Origin: an archaeon | GTDB taxonomy: Archaea > Hydrothermarchaeota > Hydrothermarchaeia > JALTZZ01 | Assembly (NCBI GenBank): GCA_027051165.1 | Contig: JALTZZ010000035.1 | Span: forward strand, 4,870 to 68,869 | Direction of reading: 5' to 3' | DNA length: 64,000 nt | Shown: positions 9,094 to 17,257 of the stretch, piece by piece | Layout: each line of letters starts with the position of its first letter | Numbering within the stretch: the first letter of the stretch is position 1 | Position numbers and translations under genes: made by a program | Notes under the pieces: model-generated | Databases searched by the model: none | The model's input: only the letters and a program-made list of their open reading frames with translations | What the model was told of the DNA's origin: nothing

Positions 9094-9555
9094 TTACTTC
9101 AGCTTTTCAGCATCATCAACAAACACGATACCTTCTTTTTCACAAACATCCCTAAAATCCTCATCGAAAGAAACAAGATAATTTATCCCATGGAATTTGC
9201 ATGTAGCGAGGATTAATGCATCATTTGGTAAAAGATTATATTTTCTCATATATTCATAAGCCTTCTCAACAATATCATCATTTACACTTAAAATTTTGAA
9301 CTGATCCAAAAATTCCTTTGGCTCATTCTCCTTAATAAATTTGCTAATTTCACCCTTCTTTTTCACATTAATGGCGGAGATTCCAGAAGTTAGAGATATA
9401 TAGTGGAAGATAAATTCGCTAAAAACGATATCATTTATATAACCCTCAACATCAAGCTTGCTTAACTCGTAAAAGAGCTTGGAAGCTTTTTTATTACCTT
9501 TTATAAACTCTATTAGAGCTGAAGAGTCAAAGAATACCTTCATTGAAGATACCAC
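9094..9555 (-). CDS. vapC: PIN domain toxin (VapC-like); likely start 9543
   Basis: FFDSS, SEF, LLPNDALILAT, SFDEDF acidic PIN motifs. Confidence 0.9.
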   Translation of the reverse strand: MVSSMKVFFDSSALIEFIKGNKKASKLFYELSKLDVEGYINDIVFSEFIFHYISLTSGISAINVKKKGEISKFIKENEPKEFLDQFKILSVNDDIVEKAYEYMRKYNLLPNDALILATCKFHGINYLVSFDEDFRDVCEKEGIVFVDDAEKLK

Positions 9556-9731
9556 TCTTCCTCTTTTATCTCACCTTTACCAATTCCTTCATATTTTCTC
9601 AAAATTTCTGGATTTAGTCTCCTTTTAGAAAGCTCTTCCCTTAAAAATTTCTCTATTTTCCGCTTCATGTCTTCTTCCATTCCATCAGGAACATTAAGCC
9701 TTATTATAATTTCACCCATATTTTTAATCAA
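9540..9731 (-). CDS. Putative antitoxin (VapB-like)
   Basis: Small gene whose stop overlaps the PIN gene ATG; ends EEEWYLQ. Confidence 0.75.
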   Translation of the reverse strand: MIKNMGEIIIRLNVPDGMEEDMKRKIEKFLREELSKRRLNPEILRKYEGIGKGEIKEEEWYLQ

Positions 9732-9773
9732 GAATTTTAACCATGATAAACGTTTTACCTTTTCCTAATAAAA

Positions 9774-9856
9774 TCAAATCTCCTTACCCATGTAAGCCCC
9801 ATATCTTCTATAGCCGAGCTTTCTGTAGTATTCTCTTGTTCCTACGGCACTTGTTA
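9774..9856 (-). repeat. Resident elp3 3' end (copy A), repeated at 6900-6982 and 5358-5410
   Basis: Manual alignment of the three copies. Confidence 0.95.
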
Positions 9857-11363
9857 TCAGAACCCTTTCCTTTCCGTGCTTTTCAGCTATTTCTTCAGCC
9901 TTTTCAACCAAAAGCCTTCCATAGCCCTTGTGCTGCTTCGAGAGAAAGCCCTCTTTTTCTTTTAGCGGTAGAGCCGTGCCTAATACCTTAAGCTCCCTTA
10001 TTATTGCTGTCTTTTCATCCATTTCCCAGCGGTGTGCATGCTTTGAAGGAAACCTTAATCTCAGATATCCAACTACCGCAAGCCTCTCTTTATCCTCTAT
10101 AGATAAGAAAAATTCTTTACCCTTAGAAGCTTTGTAGCTCTCGACAAATATTTTTAAATCATCCTCAGTAATTTCAACGTTTTCTCTATACATTACGTGC
10201 CCAACTTCTCTGCACCTTATGCACATGCACCTTGCATTATCTTTTTTCAAAGCTTTAATCACAAGCTCAGCAAGGTTGCTCTTTTTAACTCCAGCTACTA
10301 TCAGCTCGCTTGGTATGTCTCTCTGTATCCTCATAACCCTTACCCAAGGTGGAAGAATCTTTTTTATCTCTTTTATAAGTTCAACAGCCTCTTCATCGCT
10401 ATATGGCTTGTATTCTCCATGCTTCCACATCTCATAAAGCTCTGTTCCCTTAACAACGAGAGTTGGATAAATTTTGAGCATATCTGGCTTGAAGTTCTCG
10501 TTTTTAAAAATCTTTTTAAACATCTCCAGGTCCTCGGAGAAGTTTGAGAACAAGCCGGGCATCATGTGGTAGCACACCTTAAGTCCAGCATCTTTTAATA
10601 TGCGTGTAGCCTCTACGACATCGTCAACAGTATGCCCTCTATTTACGAGGTCGTATATCTCTTGTTTTATCGTCTGAACACCGAGCTCAACTCTCGTAGT
10701 TCCGTAGCTCAGCATTAGATCAACATGCTCTTCCTTAGAAAAATCTGGTCTCGTCTCTATCGTTAAGCCTACGCACCTAACCCTTGCTACCTCGTTTTCT
10801 CTGTGAGCTTCTTCCAAGCTTATAGGCTCATTTTTATAGCTTGGAAAATCGTTCATAGCCTTAAAGCATCTTGCAACAAAGTCTTTTTGATAATCTACTG
10901 GAGATGCTAAGAAAGTTCCCCCCATTATTATAAGCTCAACCTTTTCTATGCTGTGTCCTATCGAGCTTAGTTGCCTTAACCTATCGTGCACCTGCAGATA
11001 CGGATCGTAGTTCGCTCTCTTTGCTCTTAGCGTTGCTGGCTCGTAGCCAGTGTAGCTCTGCGGTGCATTCTCACCACGTGGACAGTAAATGCATCTGCCG
11101 GGGCATGGATAGGGTTTGGACATAACAGCTACAACAGCCACACCTGAGATCGTTCTCACGGGCTTCTTTGTTAATAAAGATTTAATTTCTTTATCTTCTA
11201 TAAATTTCATTATTTCTGAGTTCTTCGGTATATTAATTCTGTATTTTCTTGATATTCTTGCTTTTATTCTTTTAATTTCTTCTCTCGCTTCTATAAAGTT
11301 TTTCTTTTTAATTTTTTTTATTTCCTCTGCAATTTCTCTTAAAGCTTTTTCTTTTACAAGCAT
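9774..11363 (-). CDS. elp3: Elp3 tRNA U34 carboxymethyl/acetyltransferase (radical SAM + GNAT)
   Basis: CPGRCIYCP, QSYTGYEP, ETRPD, RIQRDIP, QHKGYG and TSAVGTREYY motifs. Confidence 0.96.
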   Translation of the reverse strand: MLVKEKALREIAEEIKKIKKKNFIEAREEIKRIKARISRKYRINIPKNSEIMKFIEDKEIKSLLTKKPVRTISGVAVVAVMSKPYPCPGRCIYCPRGENAPQSYTGYEPATLRAKRANYDPYLQVHDRLRQLSSIGHSIEKVELIIMGGTFLASPVDYQKDFVARCFKAMNDFPSYKNEPISLEEAHRENEVARVRCVGLTIETRPDFSKEEHVDLMLSYGTTRVELGVQTIKQEIYDLVNRGHTVDDVVEATRILKDAGLKVCYHMMPGLFSNFSEDLEMFKKIFKNENFKPDMLKIYPTLVVKGTELYEMWKHGEYKPYSDEEAVELIKEIKKILPPWVRVMRIQRDIPSELIVAGVKKSNLAELVIKALKKDNARCMCIRCREVGHVMYRENVEITEDDLKIFVESYKASKGKEFFLSIEDKERLAVVGYLRLRFPSKHAHRWEMDEKTAIIRELKVLGTALPLKEKEGFLSKQHKGYGRLLVEKAEEIAEKHGKERVLITSAVGTREYYRKLGYRRYGAYMGKEI

Positions 11364-11394
11364 CTATTATTAAAAAGAAGGTTAACCTTTTCAT

Positions 11395-12021
11395 TTGTTA
11401 AACTTCTGTATGATAGAGGTGTCTGATATGTTTGCCCCTTGCAGATATAGGGAGGATACAATGTGCACATTAACTAAAAGAGACTGCTTCGGTATGCACT
11501 ACGATCCAGAGAAGGATGAATACTATTTTGACAGATTTAAAGAAAGATCGTGCCCAAGCTACGAGCCAAGCAAGATAGAGCTACCTTCTGAAGCACCTCA
11601 GGATTTTGATACAAGGGTTAAGGATACTGGACAAGTAGCAAAGAAAAGACCGGATAACATCGTTTTCATAAGGCTCTTTGGAAGAGGTGGAAGGGTTTTA
11701 TATGGCGAAGATGAGGCGGCAAGCTTCGTAGAGACGGAGGATGTTTACCTCTATGCGGAGATTCTGCAGAGCTACTTCAAGAAGAAGTATGGAGACCAAG
11801 TAATTGTTGAAGGTATTGATATAACCTCTGATAGAATTGACGAATTCCCAATGGTTAAGGAGATTTTAATGAAAGAAGGAATAAACAGCTATATAGTAAT
11901 GATAAACGATACAATAAGATTTATAGGAGATCCGAGAAATATCCCTCTCGGACTTATAAGAGCGGATATCGAGAGACTCGGTGTAAAGCCTATAAAGAAG
12001 AAAAAAGAAAAGAAAAAGTGA
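11395..12021 (+). CDS. Hypothetical protein with an N-terminal Cys cluster and a thioredoxin-like C-terminal region; likely start 11428
   Basis: GAGGTG RBS before ATG 11428; C-x6-C-x6-C..C; C-terminal half resembles DUF1462-type folds. Confidence 0.65.
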   Translation: MLNFCMIEVSDMFAPCRYREDTMCTLTKRDCFGMHYDPEKDEYYFDRFKERSCPSYEPSKIELPSEAPQDFDTRVKDTGQVAKKRPDNIVFIRLFGRGGRVLYGEDEAASFVETEDVYLYAEILQSYFKKKYGDQVIVEGIDITSDRIDEFPMVKEILMKEGINSYIVMINDTIRFIGDPRNIPLGLIRADIERLGVKPIKKKKEKKK

Positions 12022-13154
12022 CTATAGGTGATAAAATGTATAAAATAGCAGTTATACCCGGTGATGGTATTGGAAAAGAGGTTGTTGAAGAAGCGGTTAA
12101 AGTTTTAAATGCTGTAAGTGAGGTTTTCAATATTGAATTTAAATTCGACTACTTTCCTTTTGGTGCGGAGTATTATTTAAAAACTGGTAAAACTCTTGAA
12201 GAAGATGATTTAAAAGAGCTCTCAAAATACAACGCTATACTTTTTGGAGCAGTCGGAGATCCGAGGGTTAAACCGGGAATACTTGAGCAAGGAATTCTGT
12301 TAAAGCTTAGATTTTATTTTGATCTTTATGTTAATCTTAGACCAGTTAAGGCACTTCCCAACGTTAATATACCGATTCATGGAAAAAGCTATAAGGATAT
12401 AAATTTCTACGTAGTTAGAGAAAATACCGAAGATTTTTACGTTGGAATAGGAGATAGAACAAAGGAAAACAACAAAAAAAGGCTTGAAGTTTTGAGAGAG
12501 CTTTATAAGCTGAAATTTGATATTGAGCTTGAAAAAGAGGGAAGCGAAGAAATTGCGTATCAGATAGGTGTTATAAGCAGAGAAGGTGCTAAGAGGGTTA
12601 TAGAATATGCATTTAAGCTTGCGGAGTATAAAGGGCTGAGGAAGGTTACGAGCGTTGATAAGGCAAACGTGCTTACATACGTCTACAGCCTTTGGAGAGA
12701 AGTTTTCGAGGAAGTTGCAGCTAAATATAAGGAAATTGAACATGAGCATGTCTTTGTAGATGCAATGGCAATGTTCATGATAACAAAGCCGGAAGCCTTC
12801 GACGTTGTTGTTACTCCAAACATGTTTGGAGATATACTAACGGATTTGGGGGCTGCAATACAAGGAGGCATAGGTTTAGCTCCAAGCGGAAATATAGGTG
12901 ATAAAATTGCAATGTTCGAGCCCGTTCATGGCTCAGCTCCAGATATAAAGGGAAAGGGCATTGCTAACCCAGTAGCCACCATCTTAAGCTCCGCTTTAAT
13001 GCTCGACTATCTCGGCGAGAGAAAAGCCGCAGAAGCTGTTGAAAGAGCTGTTGAGGAGACTCTTGCGAAAAGAATTATGACACCAGATCTTGGTGGAAAG
13101 CACAGCACAAAAGAGGTGGGCAATGCAATAGCTGAAAGAATAAAATCTGGGTGA
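12018..13154 (+). CDS. leuB: 3-isopropylmalate dehydrogenase / beta-decarboxylating dehydrogenase family
   Basis: PGDGIGKEV, NLRP, RENTE, DKANV, NMFGDILTD and EPVHGSAPDI motifs. Confidence 0.85.
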   Translation: MTIGDKMYKIAVIPGDGIGKEVVEEAVKVLNAVSEVFNIEFKFDYFPFGAEYYLKTGKTLEEDDLKELSKYNAILFGAVGDPRVKPGILEQGILLKLRFYFDLYVNLRPVKALPNVNIPIHGKSYKDINFYVVRENTEDFYVGIGDRTKENNKKRLEVLRELYKLKFDIELEKEGSEEIAYQIGVISREGAKRVIEYAFKLAEYKGLRKVTSVDKANVLTYVYSLWREVFEEVAAKYKEIEHEHVFVDAMAMFMITKPEAFDVVVTPNMFGDILTDLGAAIQGGIGLAPSGNIGDKIAMFEPVHGSAPDIKGKGIANPVATILSSALMLDYLGERKAAEAVERAVEETLAKRIMTPDLGGKHSTKEVGNAIAERIKSG

Positions 13155-13158
13155 TCCT

Positions 13159-14802
13159 ATGGAGGTAGGTGATGTTGCCAATTCCGTAGAGCTTAAAGAG
13201 GAGGACGTAATTCTCAACAACATCCTCGCAGTATCAGTTTTAAGCGAAACCCTAAAGACTACGCTCGGTCCAAAGGGATTTGATAAAATGCTCAGAGACA
13301 GCTACAACCAAGTAGCAATAACAGATAACGGAGCTGCAATACTTGCTATAGCAAACATTCAGCATCCTATAGCAAAAATGGTGGTTAATCTTGCCAAGAT
13401 TCATGAGAGGGATTTTGGAGACGGCACGACAACTCTCGTTGTTCTCGTAGGCGAACTTTTAAAGAGGGCTGGAGACCTTATGCAAAAAGGATTGATGCCA
13501 GCCACCATAATAAGCGGATATATAAAAGCCCAGAAAAAAGCATTGGAAATTTTAAAAGAGCTGTCCCTTGACGTTAGGAAGGAGGATATATTCAATATAG
13601 CATACAGCTCGCTTAAAGGAAAGCTGAGCGATGAGGATGCGAAGCATTTGGCAAAGATAGCTACGGAAGCGATAACGAGGGCTAAGGATAAGGAGAACAT
13701 ACTAATAAGCTACAGACCCGGAGGAAAAATAAGGGATACTGTTTTAATTGACGGCGTGTTTATAGATCTTGGAAAAAGGGTTCACCCAAGCATGCCGAAA
13801 AAAGTTAAAAATGCAAGAATATTGCTTGTTGACAGAGAAATTTCAACTTATATACCTAAGGGCACGAAGTTTGTGATGAACGATCCGAGAAGCGTAAGAG
13901 CTTTGATGGAGTATAAGCACAGACTTTTCTACACCGTTGCAAGCATTATAAAGAGGGCTGGAGCTAACGTTGTTCTCTGCGAGAAGAACATAGAAGAGCT
14001 TGCAATGTTTTATTTCGCAAGATTTGGAATAATGGCTGTTAGGGATGTAGAAAAACCTGTTTTAAAGCTTTTAGAAAAGGCTACAAAAGCAAGAATAGTG
14101 AGCAACGTTAAAGACGTTAATCCAAGCGTTTTGGGATACGCAAAACTCGTTGAAGAAAGCAAAATAGGTTTAGAAGAAATAATGTATGTTACAGGATGTT
14201 TAAATAAAGATGTTGTCTCAATACTCGTTAGGGGTGGAAGTGAAGTAACAGCAATGGAAGTGGAGAGAAAAATGAGAGATTTAATAATAATGCTTGAAAG
14301 GGTCTACAAGAGCAAGAGGGTTCTCGCTGGTGGTGGAGCTTGCGAAATAGAGCTGGCTGAGAGGTTGAGAAGGTTTGCAAAAACAATACCGACGAAAGAA
14401 CAGCTCGCAGTAGAAGCTTTCGCAGATGCCCTTGAAACGATACCTAAGGCAATAGCAATGAATGCTGGCATGAACGTAATAGATGCGATTATAAGCCTGA
14501 GATACGAACACGGTAAAGGTAATATATACCATGGCTTAGATGTAAACGACAGAAAAATCAAGAACACGTATGAAGCCGGGATAATAGACAACTACGTTTC
14601 AAAGAGGCAGATTATAAGAGCGGCAACGGAGCTTGCAGTAACAATACTTAAGGTTGACAGCATAATAGCCAAAAAGCCTAAGCCAAAGAAGAAACCAGTA
14701 GAAAAACCAAGACAAATTTTCAAGGAAGGAAAAATAGATTTAACAGAAGCTGTAAGAGAGTCGAGGCAAGTTTTGAAGCGTATCGAGAAGATGAATCTCT
14801 AA
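13159..14802 (+). CDS. Group II chaperonin (thermosome) subunit, divergent paralogue
   Basis: TLGPKG.DKML, GDGTTT, GGGACE and LETIP..A.NAG motifs. Confidence 0.9.
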   Translation: MEVGDVANSVELKEEDVILNNILAVSVLSETLKTTLGPKGFDKMLRDSYNQVAITDNGAAILAIANIQHPIAKMVVNLAKIHERDFGDGTTTLVVLVGELLKRAGDLMQKGLMPATIISGYIKAQKKALEILKELSLDVRKEDIFNIAYSSLKGKLSDEDAKHLAKIATEAITRAKDKENILISYRPGGKIRDTVLIDGVFIDLGKRVHPSMPKKVKNARILLVDREISTYIPKGTKFVMNDPRSVRALMEYKHRLFYTVASIIKRAGANVVLCEKNIEELAMFYFARFGIMAVRDVEKPVLKLLEKATKARIVSNVKDVNPSVLGYAKLVEESKIGLEEIMYVTGCLNKDVVSILVRGGSEVTAMEVERKMRDLIIMLERVYKSKRVLAGGGACEIELAERLRRFAKTIPTKEQLAVEAFADALETIPKAIAMNAGMNVIDAIISLRYEHGKGNIYHGLDVNDRKIKNTYEAGIIDNYVSKRQIIRAATELAVTILKVDSIIAKKPKPKKKPVEKPRQIFKEGKIDLTEAVRESRQVLKRIEKMNL

Positions 14803-14813
14803 TTTATAATTTT

Positions 14814-15572
14814 TTGGTGAAAATTATGATTGAAGAGGCAGAAAAAGTAGTGGAGATTGACGAAAAAATATATTGGCTTGGAGTTTATGAGGAAAATGCT
14901 GTTTTAAGATCAAATATTTATCTAATAGACGATGACGAAGATGCAGTTTTAATAGAACCCGGCTCTGCAAAATATTTTGATGTGTTCTATGAAAAGCTTA
15001 AATCTGTTGTAGATCCTGAAAAGATAAATTATATATTTGTTTCCCATCAAGATCCCGATGTTGCAAGCTGTATACCTCTTCTCGAAAAAAAGCTTAATAA
15101 AAAATTTACAATTATCACCCATACAAGAACAACATTCCTACTACCGTTTTATGATATAAAGAGCAGCTATTATACTGTAGATACAAATAAATGGAAGCTT
15201 GTTTTAAAAAGTGGGAGAATTCTAAGATTTCTTTTTATGCCATACTGCCACTTTCCCGGCATGATAGTTATGTATGATACAAAAAGCAGAATTCTCTTTT
15301 CTGGAGATCTCTTCGGCGGCTTCAGCTACAGATGGAAGCTGTTTGCTGATGAATGGTATATAGAAGCTATGAAAGCCTTCCACGAGCACTACATGCCAAG
15401 CAGAGAAATTCTTAGCCACAATATATCAAAACTTGAAAAGCTCGATATTAAGATGATAGCACCTCAACACGGATCAATAATAGCAAAGGATATAGAAAAA
15501 TACATTGAAACCCTGAAAAATCTTGAATGCGGAGACTATCTTTATGTAAGAGATGATATCTTGGAGGAGTAG
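14814..15572 (+). CDS. Stand-alone metallo-beta-lactamase-fold diiron protein (FprA N-terminal/ODP-like)
   Basis: SHQDPD, CHFPG, SGDLFG and APQHG motifs; no flavodoxin domain. Confidence 0.85.
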   Translation: MVKIMIEEAEKVVEIDEKIYWLGVYEENAVLRSNIYLIDDDEDAVLIEPGSAKYFDVFYEKLKSVVDPEKINYIFVSHQDPDVASCIPLLEKKLNKKFTIITHTRTTFLLPFYDIKSSYYTVDTNKWKLVLKSGRILRFLFMPYCHFPGMIVMYDTKSRILFSGDLFGGFSYRWKLFADEWYIEAMKAFHEHYMPSREILSHNISKLEKLDIKMIAPQHGSIIAKDIEKYIETLKNLECGDYLYVRDDILEE

Positions 15573-15575
15573 AGT

Positions 15576-15854
15576 GTGGCAAGCTATAGAGAGGCTCTTG
15601 AGCTTATAATAAAGAGACAGTTCGGCATCTATGGTCCAGAGAAGGTTATAGAGTTTACAAAAAAGATGGGGGTTGAGGTTGATAAAAAGGGAAGAATTTT
15701 AAAAATGCCAGAAAATGTTGATGAAAAAGAGTTTTTGGTTAAATTTGTCAATGAAATGAAAAAAGAACTTGGAAAATTATCGTTTCTTGCATGTAAAATA
15801 GCTTTAATATATTTTTTCACAAAAAATAAATTAAAGAATCCTTTTGAAAATTAA
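15576..15854 (+). CDS. Hypothetical protein
   Basis: GGAGGAG RBS then GTG; in frame with the upstream gene. Confidence 0.65.
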   Translation: MASYREALELIIKRQFGIYGPEKVIEFTKKMGVEVDKKGRILKMPENVDEKEFLVKFVNEMKKELGKLSFLACKIALIYFFTKNKLKNPFEN

Positions 15855-17185
15855 ATTCTTCCTCCAACGCTTGCTATAGTTCTTATGTGTGCTCCTCCAT
15901 CTCCAACTGGAACGTATTGCCCATTTTTTCCACAGAAGCCTATGTGCATGCTGAAGTCCTTACCTACGGCATCTATATTTTTAAGAATCTCAAGGGTTTC
16001 CCCAGAGAGAGCAACATCCTTTATAGGCTCCTTTATTTCTCCCTTCTCTATTATAAATCCTTCTTCGCATGAGAACTGGAACACGCCTCTCGCTGGATCT
16101 ACTTCACCACCCTTTGAGCCTAAGAGGTATAAACCGTAGTCTATATCTTCTATAAGCTCCTCGAAGCTGTAATCTAAAGGCTTTAAGTAGGTGTTGCTCA
16201 TCCTCACTATAGGCTCGCTTGAAAAGTTCTGAGCTCTTGCATTTCCAGTAAGCTCTGAACCGAGAAGCTCAGCGGTTTCTCTGCTATGCAGATAGCTCCT
16301 TAGAAAGCCGTTTTCTACAACAGCCTTCTTTTCAGCCTCAACTCCTTCGTCATCATAGAAGTAGAATCCGAAGGAACCGCTCAACGTGGGGTCATCGTAT
16401 ATAGTAACAATATCGCTTGCTATTTTTTCGCCAAGCTTATTTGCTAAGATGGATTCTTTGTTTGCAACGTGGTCTGCTTCTACGGCGTGTCCAAGGGCTT
16501 CGTGTATAAAAACACCAGTAAGCTTAGGGTCAAGAACAACCTTAAACCTGCCCTTTGGGGGAGTTCTTGCTCTTAAAAGCCTTAAGGCTCTCTCACAAGC
16601 TCTTTTTACAGTATCTTCAGAATTTTCAAGAGCCTCGAAACCAGCTACAGCACCAATCCTTTCAAAGGCATATTGCACTTCTTTATCCCTTGCATAGCAC
16701 GTGCAGAGCATGCTTATCCTTGGTATTTCCTGCTCTATTTCACTTCCCTCGCTACTGTAGTATCTTGTTACAGTTTTAACTGTGGTTAGGGAAAAGCTTC
16801 TGCTCACAATTTTTCTGTAATCCTTTGCTATTTCATCCATATCCTTCAAAAATTCTTTTCTCTCATCGAAATCTATGTTTTCAAACGGAATCTTACACTT
16901 TACAATTTTTTTATCTTTTATTGGTTTTCCTTTTTTTACTTTTTTCTTTTCTCCAATTTTAGCCATTTTATAAGCCTTCATTGCTATTTCGTATAAATCT
17001 TCTATATTGTTACTTGAAGCAAATCCAATTCCCTTGTCTATGACTCTAACACTTACTCCGAAAGTTCTTCCACTTGAGACCTCTTCTATCTTTGAATCCT
17101 TTAAAACTATTGTATCGCTGAGGTTTTCCTGTATCCTCACCTCTACAAGCTCAGCATCGAGGTTAAGAATCTTGCTCAGGTTCAT
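15851..17185 (-). CDS. tldD: TldD/PmbA family metalloprotease (TldD-type)
   Basis: HEALGHAVEAD, DDEG, RMSNT and CGK.GQ..PV motifs. Confidence 0.92.
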   Translation of the reverse strand: MNLSKILNLDAELVEVRIQENLSDTIVLKDSKIEEVSSGRTFGVSVRVIDKGIGFASSNNIEDLYEIAMKAYKMAKIGEKKKVKKGKPIKDKKIVKCKIPFENIDFDERKEFLKDMDEIAKDYRKIVSRSFSLTTVKTVTRYYSSEGSEIEQEIPRISMLCTCYARDKEVQYAFERIGAVAGFEALENSEDTVKRACERALRLLRARTPPKGRFKVVLDPKLTGVFIHEALGHAVEADHVANKESILANKLGEKIASDIVTIYDDPTLSGSFGFYFYDDEGVEAEKKAVVENGFLRSYLHSRETAELLGSELTGNARAQNFSSEPIVRMSNTYLKPLDYSFEELIEDIDYGLYLLGSKGGEVDPARGVFQFSCEEGFIIEKGEIKEPIKDVALSGETLEILKNIDAVGKDFSMHIGFCGKNGQYVPVGDGGAHIRTIASVGGRI

Positions 17186-17257
17186 GAATCTTCACCTTTC
17201 CACAAAAATTATACTTTAAAATAAAAAATTAAAATTTTATTTAAAAATCTGTAGAAG

